From a virus, in IMG/VR virus record IMGVR_UViG_3300031084_000275, positions 2,102 to 66,101 of that record: DNA of 64,000 nt, one strand, 5' to 3'. The position numbers and the translations under genes are program-made. Under the pieces are notes generated by a model, which saw nothing but the letters and a program-made list of their open reading frames with translations, did not search any database and had not been told where the DNA came from. Positions within the stretch are counted from its first letter, which is position 1. Each line of letters begins with the position of its first letter. Positions 18,901-26,973 of the stretch are shown piece by piece.

Positions 18901-21656
18901 TCTTCGGTGAACTTGTCCTGAGCCTCCAGGCGCTCGACCTCATAGGTATCAACTGCCGCGCCAGCCAAGGCATCCGCCCGCCGGCCCAGCGCCGCCACTT
19001 CCTTCTCGATCAGCTCGATTTCGTCCGCACGAGCGCCGCGCATGATCGTCATGGCCAAGCGTGTGCGGGCCATGGATTCTTCTTCGCGAGCACGCACGGC
19101 CACCAAGTCGGCAATAGCGCCCTTTGACATGCCGTACTGATCGATCTGATCGCGCAGCGCCTTTGCCTGCTCTTCAGCAGCATCCGCGCTGGACTCAGCC
19201 GCCGATGTCCAGCCGCGCTGGAACCCCAACCAGTATTGCTGCAGCTCTTCCGCGCCCCTGGCCTCGGCCTCGAACGCATTCAGCACTGCGCGGCTCGTCT
19301 CCGACACCACTTTTGCGCGGTCAGCAGCCCACTTGCGCTGCTCAGCAGCCGTGCCCTTCCCGCTCGCAATGAAGCGTTCAATCACAGCCAGTTCGGCCGC
19401 GCCCGTATCGACGGCGACCAGCTCAGCCTGCGTCGCCAACTCGGTTTTCGTCGTGTAGTACTCGTAGGCGCTTTTCTTGCCGACTTGATACGCAGCCTCG
19501 TTGTCACGGGCAGCCCGGGCAAGGATGTCGGATTCGGCCTTGGCGGCCTGCTCGATCGCTGCGATCTGGGGGTTGTAGTCAGTCGGCTCTGCTGGCGCCT
19601 TGGGGCCTTTCGGTCCGGCTTTTTCTTTGAACTTCTCTTCTACTTTGCGCAGCTGCTCATCCCGCGCAGCGTCGATCTTGGCCCACTGCTCAGGCGCCCG
19701 TTCCAGAGCTTGGTAATACTTGTTCCAGACCTCAGCCGTAGCCCAAATCTTCTGCTGCTCCTTGGTAAGGGACTCGTCGGAGCGCAGATATGCGTTCGCC
19801 ATGCTGCGATCGGCGTCCGCCTTCGTTTGATCGAGGACGAGCAAGCTCTGGCGAACGGCCTTGATCTGCGAATCAAGGTAGATCACGTCTGTGACGGCAT
19901 TTGCGTTGGCGCCCTTGTCGCCATACATCTGGGTAAGGGTCGGGTCTACAGGTTTTCCGCCAGTGATCACTCCGGTGGCGAGGCCCTTGCGCTCGCCAGT
20001 GCCCGCGGCGGCGGCAAGGCGATTCGACTCGGCCTGCAACCGGATGCGCTCTTTCTGCGCTTCCAGCATTTGCAGCTGAGTATTCAGGCCAGCCCGCTGG
20101 TCGTTGTACTGATTTGCCTGCGTGGCATAACCAAGGGCACCTTTCGCAGCCTGGCCAAGCTGGCGGTATTTTTCGATGAGGTTGTTAACGGTCCCTTGCA
20201 GATCGTTGGCTTTGGCAATTGCTTGCTCACCAGCGGTCTCCTGGTCGTGCCCTGACTGGGCAGCAGAACTTCCAACAAGTTGCCATGCAGTCGCGAGCGT
20301 GCCGAGAGCGAGGACCGTCCAGCCAATGGGCCCCATCGCCGCGACGAACCCGGTAACCGCAGTCGATGCGGCTGCAATAGCCGCCGCCGCGCCGCCCGCT
20401 GCTGTGACGGCCGCAGTCAGCCAGCTGGCAAGCTTGACTGCAACCAGCGTGGTGACGAGGGTGACGGCAGTACCCACGTTATCGCTGAGCAGGCCAATCG
20501 CGCCGGTGAAAATGCGCGTCGCGCCGGTGCTTTCGTTTACGGTTCCGATCCACTTCGTGAAGCTGTTGTCCAGCCTGATCATTGCGTCGCGCACCGTCAC
20601 GGGCATCTTGTCCGCTTCGGCACCCAAAATCCCGATCTGGCTGGTAATGCGAGCCATCTTGTCGGCGGTCAATTCGCCAGCCGACACCATCGCCAGCAAG
20701 CCGGCATTGGTTACGCCGAGAGAGTCCGCAAGCGCCTTCTGCAGCCGAGGTGCGCCAGACACGATCGTCTGGAATCCATCCATCTCCATCTTGCCGAGCA
20801 TGATGGCCTTCGACCACGCGTCAATTACCGATGCGCTTTTTTGCGTGTCGGCAGCGGACACCACAAGGCCGTAGGTCAGCGCTTCAACCTGATCCAAACT
20901 CTGCGATGACGAGTAGCCAAGTTGCTTCAGCGAATCAGCCGTGCGGATGTACAACTCACTGCTGCCGGAGAAGCTCTTGTACGAACGATTGCTGATTTCC
21001 ATCAGCCGCGACTGAGCCTCGGTGTACTCGGCGGTGCTTGAGGTGGCCACCTTAAGGCGTGACGAAAGTTGGCCCCACTGATCAGCGCTATCAATGATCT
21101 TCCAGGCGGAAAAGGCGGCGGCGGCGCGACGCACGATTGAATCCAGGCCGTCGACGCTCTTTCCGGCAGCGGAAGCTTTCTTCCCTGCGTCATCCAGGCC
21201 AGCCCCCGCAGTACGCGCGCTCTGGTCGACCTTGTTGAGAGCGTCAGTCGTTCTCACCACGGCCGGGGCCACCTTGTCGAGTTGCGTGGTGGCCGCTTTG
21301 GCGTCGGAATCGAGCTTGGCCATTGCCGCGGAGGTCTTCGTCGCTGCCTGCTGCATAGACGTGGCCTGCCCGGCGTTCCTTGCATAGGCGGCACTCATCG
21401 CGTCCAGCGAGGCTGCCATGCGCTCAACGACGGCGAGCAGTTTTGTCTGCGTGCCACTCATCGAGTCCATCTTGCTGGACGTAGCTGCGGTGCTGGCCGC
21501 AACCTTTTCGATCGATTCGATCCAGGACCGGCTGGTTTTCTTGATGGATTGCTCAGCGCGCTCGCCGGCACCTGCCATTTCATCCAGATTCTTGCGAGCG
21601 TCGACCGCATCCGTGCTGTTGATGCTGACAACCAAGCCGGCGATTTCGGTGCTCAT
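15909..21656 (-). CDS. Tail tape measure protein (1915 aa)
   Basis: Tape-measure N-domain (SADQWGQLSSRLK), Ala/Gly-rich coiled and hydrophobic segments, internal duplicated repeat. Confidence 0.95.
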   Translation of the reverse strand: MSTEIAGLVVSINSTDAVDARKNLDEMAGAGERAEQSIKKTSRSWIESIEKVAASTAATSSKMDSMSGTQTKLLAVVERMAASLDAMSAAYARNAGQATSMQQAATKTSAAMAKLDSDAKAATTQLDKVAPAVVRTTDALNKVDQSARTAGAGLDDAGKKASAAGKSVDGLDSIVRRAAAAFSAWKIIDSADQWGQLSSRLKVATSSTAEYTEAQSRLMEISNRSYKSFSGSSELYIRTADSLKQLGYSSSQSLDQVEALTYGLVVSAADTQKSASVIDAWSKAIMLGKMEMDGFQTIVSGAPRLQKALADSLGVTNAGLLAMVSAGELTADKMARITSQIGILGAEADKMPVTVRDAMIRLDNSFTKWIGTVNESTGATRIFTGAIGLLSDNVGTAVTLVTTLVAVKLASWLTAAVTAAGGAAAAIAAASTAVTGFVAAMGPIGWTVLALGTLATAWQLVGSSAAQSGHDQETAGEQAIAKANDLQGTVNNLIEKYRQLGQAAKGALGYATQANQYNDQRAGLNTQLQMLEAQKERIRLQAESNRLAAAAGTGERKGLATGVITGGKPVDPTLTQMYGDKGANANAVTDVIYLDSQIKAVRQSLLVLDQTKADADRSMANAYLRSDESLTKEQQKIWATAEVWNKYYQALERAPEQWAKIDAARDEQLRKVEEKFKEKAGPKGPKAPAEPTDYNPQIAAIEQAAKAESDILARAARDNEAAYQVGKKSAYEYYTTKTELATQAELVAVDTGAAELAVIERFIASGKGTAAEQRKWAADRAKVVSETSRAVLNAFEAEARGAEELQQYWLGFQRGWTSAAESSADAAEEQAKALRDQIDQYGMSKGAIADLVAVRAREEESMARTRLAMTIMRGARADEIELIEKEVAALGRRADALAGAAVDTYEVERLEAQDKFTEEAKRQNEQIGDSLTDALMRGFEDGAGFAENFKTTMVNLFKTMVLKPIIQPIAQGAANYVTSALGLTGGAGAGTAAGGQSLMGTASNLSSLYSAFTGDSMIGRGLSAIGSYFGGGAATAAFGATGGFAGLAASTAAANAGIAGTLGGFGAIGSATAPVIGGALGGGAAASGLALSGGTLVSAGTVGGAAAAVGGGTAAAGAAAAGGATAGSMAAAAIPYIGWAIAAAAVLSTFIGSDKTPAVGGNALTKIGAEGTASADLDDVREKFYGDDRGYKGPSAGLTTGLSALGDQIAATAKLYGGNAEGLSIYGQTAQSPDGQGASGGTALYDKNGTQIFGSSFEGKNEELEANVALSMKRALLGGLKAADLAPEFAKVFEGYGDNLGTLSEEQIASITAALEAVRSMNTMFDGLSHTFPELEKLGWEARTALTGFSGGLDALTSNLGSFYETYYTESERMGDTLASMTETFKGLSLEVPGTKDEFKSLVESLDLTTEAGQKAYATLLGMNQTFAGWADYAAAGAKAITDALQANEDSYAKGYSTEAERNAKSMESMRAAFIGLGLAVPSTREGFRTLVESLDVTTETGRKARATLLGVSTDFGTFADRITTVVTAARDAAETAATGAMSTLTRSVNTEKNLLTKAWQDRQIILQEGIDTASTALSNHKALSDRVKSTLNSMFGQTDAAMQRSQAQAQIAGALATARAGGGLPDVATLENALGIVSQPSQALFATFEDYQVDFLKTANDIAALGALTDSQLSIDERTLALLKDQLKNEQKAYDEQIKYYDQMLETAQAQLDAALGNTEATLTVAQALSALAASLSSLGASKGGVPTGVGGGAPAGLSASEQAIWDAYKSTGIGYLDAGGWSFWNEAIKNGHSVDEVTQQIIDINNGKNKAAVDGSHATGLWSVPRDGYIAELHEEETVLPAPEARAYRSLQNMPRGGGDSAEVVAELRSLRQEVQMLRAEAQATAQNTGRAAKQLTRWDVDGMPETREEATA

Positions 21657-21667
21657 GCGGCGCCCAT

Positions 21668-21692
21668 AAAAAAGCCCCGCGCTTGGCGGGGC
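21668..21692 (-). terminator. Intrinsic terminator after the moron lipoprotein
   Basis: GCCCCGC...GCGGGGCTTTTTT. Confidence 0.6.
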
Positions 21693-21724
21693 ATCAGATA
21701 AAAACGTGGGAACGGATTAGGAGC

Positions 21725-22081
21725 CTATTGCGCTAATCGGCAATGCAAGTCCCAGAACGTCAAGAAGTGCGTATCAGGCAACTCGCCCCTCTCCCCCTCA
21801 ATGAAGACGCCGACGTTGTCCACCACGACGAACCGCCTAAAACCGGCGTAAGCCCCTAAAGAGTTTTTCCCATTCATCTCTCCGCACAGGGCTTGATCTA
21901 AGAACGCGATTTTCTCGTTCCTTATTTGCACCGCGCCGGGGTCTTTCAAAGAGTTTGTCAGCTGCTCGCGCAGCGCGGACGCAACGGCGGCAGTCTTCTG
22001 GGCTGCGAGTTCCTTCTCCGAAGGCCCGCACCCACCCAGCACCACAAGCGCCGCAATCGCGACGCATGAAATTTTCAGCAC
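21725..22081 (-). CDS. Moron lipoprotein (LKDP...CGEMNGKNS motif)
   Basis: Lipobox LGGC; paralog of 7711-8136. Confidence 0.8.
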   Translation of the reverse strand: MLKISCVAIAALVVLGGCGPSEKELAAQKTAAVASALREQLTNSLKDPGAVQIRNEKIAFLDQALCGEMNGKNSLGAYAGFRRFVVVDNVGVFIEGERGELPDTHFLTFWDLHCRLAQ

Positions 22082-22185
22082 GGAATTCCCCTATGTTGTG
22101 AGAGGAATATAGCCGGGGATGAGTCCAAACCCGGATATCCATTGCAGAGAGCTATCAGCTATAACCTGGCGTCCCTGGAGCTCTT

Positions 22186-22632
22186 ATGCGTACGCCTGCC
22201 CTGGCCTTACTTGCTCTCACCTTGGCTTTCTCGTTCTCCGCAGAAGCGCGCAACTGCACACGCGGCATTCCGTGCGGGAACTCTTGCATTTCGGCAAGCA
22301 AGACGTGCCGGATCAGCGGCGCTACATCAACGACTGATTCCTATCGTTCATACGTTGCCCCACCGGCAGCAGGAGCCGGAGCAGCGCCCCTATCTGCACC
22401 TGGCGGGCCCATAACCGGCTCGATGACAGGAACCGAAGTCCTCTACGCCCGCGACGATGTGAACACCTTCGACCAGCCGGCTCAAAGTGGCGAGGTGAAC
22501 GGCACACTGAAGAAAGGTGCCAGAGTGATCGCATATCAAGTCTTTGGTGCTCACTGGGTCCGCATTCCGCCAGAGCCAGCAGCGTCCCAGCGATGGGTCA
22601 GGCGAGACGCGCTGCAGTCAACGCCGCAGTAG
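22186..22632 (+). CDS. Secreted moron protein: 4-Cys motif plus SH3-like domain
   Basis: Signal peptide; CTRGIPCGNSCISASKTC; C-terminal LKKGARV...HWVRI. Confidence 0.75.
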   Translation: MRTPALALLALTLAFSFSAEARNCTRGIPCGNSCISASKTCRISGATSTTDSYRSYVAPPAAGAGAAPLSAPGGPITGSMTGTEVLYARDDVNTFDQPAQSGEVNGTLKKGARVIAYQVFGAHWVRIPPEPAASQRWVRRDALQSTPQ

Positions 22633-23093
22633 CTACGCGCGCAACACGTTCTTGATATGCCTCGCCACATGCACCTTGCGCTCCGGCTCGGGGAGGTCGT
22701 CCCACTCCTTCGGATCGGGCGTTTCCTCCTCGTTCTGCACGCTTGTCACAGACATGAATGCGGCGTCCATGCCTCGCAATGCCTTAAGCTCCCACCAGGC
22801 AAGCCGGATTCCTTCCAACTGCGACCAAGCTTGAATCTCGATGCTGCTGATCGGATTGGGGCCAAAGCCGCCGGACCCGCGCCCGTTGTGCAGGCTCAGG
22901 AACCAGCGCCAGATGTAGTCGCCAGCAGCCGGCAATCGAGGGGCGTCCGCCAGCCGCAGTGGTAGAACGCCCGTCTTTTCCTCGATCTTCTTCAGCCGTT
23001 CGCGCAGGCTGGTCTTGTCCTTCCGGCGGGCCGAGAGCTCGAACTCCGACCGCGTAAAACCGATCAGGCCTTCGACGAGCTCGGCGTAAAAGC
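22633..23093 (-). CDS. Tail assembly chaperone T-part (probable -1 frameshift extension of G)
   Basis: Frame open across the end of G; YIWRWFLSLHNGRG...GFGPNPIS motif. Confidence 0.65.
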
Positions 23094-23522
23094 GGCGGCG
23101 TCGGCCGACTTTTCGAGCACTTGCTGCACGAAGCTGGGATTTTTCCCGAACAGCTTGCGCAGGTTCGCTTCGCTGAACTCTTCGCGCAGGCCGCGCCAGC
23201 CGGAAACACTGATGACCGCTTTTTCGACGGTCAACTCGACGTCATCCTCGATGGGGCGGATATCGGCATTCTTGCCCTTGCGTTTGGCAATCTCTTCTTC
23301 GCGGCGGCGCGCATTGATCGTGCGGAACACATGCGCCTGGATGCGCTCGGACTGTTCGCCGATAACCTGCAGGATCACACCAGTCTTGGTGCCGTCGGCT
23401 CGCACGAGGTGCAGGTCGACGCCGGTGTCATTCGCGGCACGCTCGTTGAAGTCGTCGATCGAAGCCAGCGGGGTGTCCAGCAATACGTCGAGGTCGATGC
23501 CGGTGTTTTGGGATTTCGTCAT
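23064..23522 (-). CDS. Tail assembly chaperone G
   Basis: Between tail tube and tape measure genes; GWRGL...FSEAN...NPSF. Confidence 0.8.
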   Translation of the reverse strand: MTKSQNTGIDLDVLLDTPLASIDDFNERAANDTGVDLHLVRADGTKTGVILQVIGEQSERIQAHVFRTINARRREEEIAKRKGKNADIRPIEDDVELTVEKAVISVSGWRGLREEFSEANLRKLFGKNPSFVQQVLEKSADAAAFTPSSSKA

Positions 23523-23588
23523 GGTCTGTCCTTGAGATTTCGCCTCGTCGGGCGATGTGGTCGTAAAAAAAACCGGCTCGGGGCCGGT

Positions 23589-24089
23589 TCAGTGGAATTG
23601 CAGTGCGGGTTGAAGCCGGGCGTCGATCCCGTCGAGCCTCGTTTTCAGCGGGGGCTTTCGTGTCTTGTGCTCGCTCAGACCTCGGCCGCAGAGGCTTGCG
23701 AACTTGTCCTGCGCGTCGAGCGCGGCCTTGGCTTCGAACCATTCCTTCATCAGCGAGGGGCCTGCCTGCCGTTGCTCGATGATGTCCAGCGCCCAGCGGC
23801 GGAACTCTTGGGCCTTGGCGGTGCGCGCGAACATTGCGACCAGATGCGCGCCACGCAGACTGAACACACGCGCCTTGGTCATCAGATTCCCCGAGACACC
23901 CGAAGTGGGGGTCTCGACGATTTGCGTCATGGACGCAGTGAACTCGACGCGGTGGCGGTCGAAAAGCCGTGTCACCTTGTCGGGGCTGGCATACCCAAGC
24001 GCCCGCGCAATATCTGCTGCGCTGGCCCACTGCTTCCCGTCTTTCTCGATCATTCGGATCGGCTGGTTCTGGAACATGAGTTCTTGCAT
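23589..24089 (-). CDS. BRO-N domain antirepressor-like protein
   Basis: WASAADIARALGY...RVFSLRGAHLVAMFARTAKAQEFRRW. Confidence 0.85.
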   Translation of the reverse strand: MQELMFQNQPIRMIEKDGKQWASAADIARALGYASPDKVTRLFDRHRVEFTASMTQIVETPTSGVSGNLMTKARVFSLRGAHLVAMFARTAKAQEFRRWALDIIEQRQAGPSLMKEWFEAKAALDAQDKFASLCGRGLSEHKTRKPPLKTRLDGIDARLQPALQFH

Positions 24090-24186
24090 CACCGTCTCCT
24101 TGCGAAGAAAGGCCCGCCAATGCATCGCACGGCGGGCCGAAGAAAAAAGCCCGGCGTGAACCGGGCAAAGGACAGCCAGAGGCTGA

Positions 24187-24648
24187 TTAGGTTGCGGGGA
24201 CTTCGATGATTCCGACGCCGGTCTTGCTGGCGGTGATTTCGAGGTTCACGGTGCCCGAGCGCATGGTGTCAACGCCGGCGGCGTTCTTGACGAACGACAT
24301 GACCTTCGCGGGGAAGTAGTCGATATCGCCGCCCTGGTATTCGACCTTGAAGAAGTAGTCGGCATCGCTGAGGACAGCGGCGTCCAGGATGATCTGTCCG
24401 GCATCATCCTTGTCGATGGCCAGCTGCAGCGTCTTCGTGCCCTGGTTGATCGACCCCTTGAACTTCTGCACAACGCGCGTGCCGATCGGGCTGTGCGTCA
24501 CCAGGGCAGCGGTCTGGCCATGCTGGCCGCCGTCGGTGATCTCACCGATGTTCGTGAAGGTCAGCGCGGCGTAGCCGGAGGCGGTGTAGGTGGCGGGCGC
24601 TGCCACGGAGATGCCGATGGTAGTGCCGGCAACGGTTTCAACAGTCAT
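24187..24648 (-). CDS. Major tail (tube) protein
   Basis: IGEITDGG...KFKGSINQG...DAGQ motifs; position. Confidence 0.85.
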   Translation of the reverse strand: MTVETVAGTTIGISVAAPATYTASGYAALTFTNIGEITDGGQHGQTAALVTHSPIGTRVVQKFKGSINQGTKTLQLAIDKDDAGQIILDAAVLSDADYFFKVEYQGGDIDYFPAKVMSFVKNAAGVDTMRSGTVNLEITASKTGVGIIEVPAT

Positions 24649-24729
24649 GGTCGTTCCTCAAAAAAAAGCCCGCCGAGCTTTCGCAGGGCGGGCGTTGGTG
24701 CTGCCGTTGCCGGCAGGAGTTGGATGGGT

Positions 24730-24951
24730 TCAGGTGGCGCGCTTTCGCGGCGCTCGCTTCGTGGGGGCCGGGGCCGGCTCGACGCCGGCCACTGCTGCGG
24801 CCTCGGCGGCTTCAGCCTTCGTGACGCGCTCGGCATAGCCGTTTTCGGTCAGCCACTTGGCGCGGTCGGCCGGCGCTTCGAACGGCTCGTCCTTCGCGAA
24901 CTTGCCGTCGGGGCCAGAGAAGGACTGCAGTGCAATAAGGGAAATGCTCAT
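24730..24951 (-). CDS. Small structural-operon protein
   Basis: 73 aa; AKWLTENGYA. Confidence 0.55.
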   Translation of the reverse strand: MSISLIALQSFSGPDGKFAKDEPFEAPADRAKWLTENGYAERVTKAEAAEAAAVAGVEPAPAPTKRAPRKRAT

Positions 24952-24960
24952 GTAGTGCTC

Positions 24961-25383
24961 CTATGCAGGAATGACGCGGTCTGCTCGGTATCGGATGCTG
25001 ACCGGGATCTTGGTGCGGTCGGTGCCGGGGATTGCCGGCCCGACTGCGGAGACGGCCTCGATGCGCACCACAACAGCCGACCCCTGCAAGACCAGGTTCC
25101 GTGGGAAATGCGCAGCTACGGCGTCTGCCAGCAGGCGCAGCGTCACAGGGTTGGCCGTGCCAGGCGCGTTGACATCGACTTGGTAGATGCCTAGGAAGCG
25201 CGTGCGCCTGATGCTGATGTCGGGGTTGAAAGGTGTGGCCGGCAGGTGATGGTCGGCCAGGTAGATTTCGGTGGCGGTCGGCGTGAACGGCGTGAGCGCG
25301 TACGCGATGCGCAGCACCGGAGACTGTGCAGCGGCAAACGCCTTCAGCCGCACCTGCAGGGCGGCGACGATCTGATGGTTCAT
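24961..25383 (-). CDS. Tail terminator-like protein
   Basis: GIYQVDV...AVAAHFP...IPVSIRYR; position. Confidence 0.7.
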   Translation of the reverse strand: MNHQIVAALQVRLKAFAAAQSPVLRIAYALTPFTPTATEIYLADHHLPATPFNPDISIRRTRFLGIYQVDVNAPGTANPVTLRLLADAVAAHFPRNLVLQGSAVVVRIEAVSAVGPAIPGTDRTKIPVSIRYRADRVIPA

Positions 25384-25805
25384 TTCTGCTTCGCCGCGGC
25401 TGCGGCCACCATCTGCGGCCACTCGGCGGCGGCGATGCGAGCCATGCCGCCGGGTGCCTGCTCGCTGTGGCCATACTCCAGTGGCACGATGTGGGGCGCG
25501 CTGCTCGAAAGGAAGAACTTCGAGCCAACCTCAACCCCCTCCAGCGCAACGCTCAGACGGGCGATCGCGTTCGCGCCTGTCGGATCTTTCTCGCCGGTAA
25601 ACGACATGTCTGGCGATCCCTCCTGCGCATTCCAGGACCCGCGCGCCGTGCCTTCATCCACCGGCGTCCCGGTGATGACCCGGGCACCGAACCGAGCAAT
25701 CGATTCGCGCATGATGCTGCTGGCTTGGTCCGTTGACTTCACGGCGAAGGTTGCCAGTTGCGCCGCGAATCCTGATTCCTTGCCGGCGTATTTGTTTGTC
25801 GCCAT
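25380..25805 (-). CDS. HK97 gp10-like tail completion protein
   Basis: TPVDEGTARGSW...LEYGHSEQAPGGM. Confidence 0.8.
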   Translation of the reverse strand: MATNKYAGKESGFAAQLATFAVKSTDQASSIMRESIARFGARVITGTPVDEGTARGSWNAQEGSPDMSFTGEKDPTGANAIARLSVALEGVEVGSKFFLSSSAPHIVPLEYGHSEQAPGGMARIAAAEWPQMVAAAAAKQK

Positions 25806-25806
25806 G

Positions 25807-26178
25807 TCATACCCTCAGCTGGATGGTCCAGGTGGCGCCGGCAGGGTCCTTGCCGACGTTCATGGCGCGCTGACCTGCGATCAGGTCGCCGATTTGCGGC
25901 GCCACAGGCACGCCCGGCAATGACACAACCTCTGCCTTCAGGACAAGCAACTTGGTGTCTGTTGCCAGGATCCGGGAGCCATCGATTTCTGCGGCCTTGT
26001 AACCGCTGAAGATGCCGCGCCCGCCGTAGGTGAGCGTCGCGTCTGACGTGCCGGTCTCAGGGTCGTATTCGCCCGGCACCACGCGCGCGGCCACGAACAC
26101 CGTCACCGTGTCGCCCAGCTCATCCTCGGCGTCGAAGGCGGCAGCCAGCTCCGCCGTTATCTCGTCCCGCATGCCCAT
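25807..26178 (-). CDS. Head closure or head-tail adaptor
   Basis: YDPETG...DPAGATWTIQLR; position. Confidence 0.7.
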   Translation of the reverse strand: MGMRDEITAELAAAFDAEDELGDTVTVFVAARVVPGEYDPETGTSDATLTYGGRGIFSGYKAAEIDGSRILATDTKLLVLKAEVVSLPGVPVAPQIGDLIAGQRAMNVGKDPAGATWTIQLRV

Positions 26179-26179
26179 G

Positions 26180-26554
26180 TCAGACCCTTTGCAGCATGAA
26201 AACGGAGGGCCGGCGCGTCCAGGGCACGATCAGGGCAAGCGCGAAAGACTCGCCTGCCGTGATGGCCACCGACCCCGCCGTGTACGACTTCTTCACGTAG
26301 GTACCGGTCTGGGCGCCGACTTCCTTGCTCGACACCTCGCGCTCGGTGGCCGCGAACATCTTGCCTGCGGCTGATTCCTTGGCGATCTCGGCGCCGGCTT
26401 GCTTGATCGCATCCGGCACCGGGTCGGCGACGGGCTGCCGGATCTTGCCGGTGAGCCAGGTATTGGCCATCAGCACCGCACGGTCGGGGTCCCCCTGCCC
26501 GGCCCAGCCCGCACCGAGGATGGCTTCCACATCGGCGGTGGTGATGTACACCAT
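26180..26554 (-). CDS. Head-tail connector
   Basis: YITTADV...; position after the capsid gene. Confidence 0.65.
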   Translation of the reverse strand: MVYITTADVEAILGAGWAGQGDPDRAVLMANTWLTGKIRQPVADPVPDAIKQAGAEIAKESAAGKMFAATEREVSSKEVGAQTGTYVKKSYTAGSVAITAGESFALALIVPWTRRPSVFMLQRV

Positions 26555-26555
26555 G

Positions 26556-26930
26556 TCAGGCGTCCGCGTTGTCGAGCAGCGCGGCCAAGTCCGCCTTGAG
26601 CGTCACGCCCTCGGGGATGCCGATGCCCTTTTCGGCCAACGCGGCCTTGATCTCGTCGACTTTCAGGCCGTCGGACGGCTTGGCATCGCCACTCTTGACG
26701 ACCTCGCGGATGCGGGCTTCGTCATCTTCGGTGAACAGGTCGCCGAAGAACGAACGCATCCCGTTCACCACGTAGTCCGGATCAGTTTGGCTGCCGGGCA
26801 GTTCTGCGATGGCCTTGTCGAGACCCTCGCGCGTGGGCTGGCGGGCTTCTGCCCGCTTGCGCAGCAGGTTGATCTGCGCGAGGGACAGCTGCTCGCCGTC
26901 CTTCGGCAGTTCGATCGTGTCTTTGCTCAT
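26556..26930 (-). CDS. Hypothetical protein with C-terminal HeH/LEM-like motif
   Basis: LKVDEIKAALAEKGI...KADLAALL. Confidence 0.65.
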   Translation of the reverse strand: MSKDTIELPKDGEQLSLAQINLLRKRAEARQPTREGLDKAIAELPGSQTDPDYVVNGMRSFFGDLFTEDDEARIREVVKSGDAKPSDGLKVDEIKAALAEKGIGIPEGVTLKADLAALLDNADA

Positions 26931-26973
26931 GGGATTGCTCCAGGAAGACAGGGGCCGAAGCCCCCGCCCAGGC

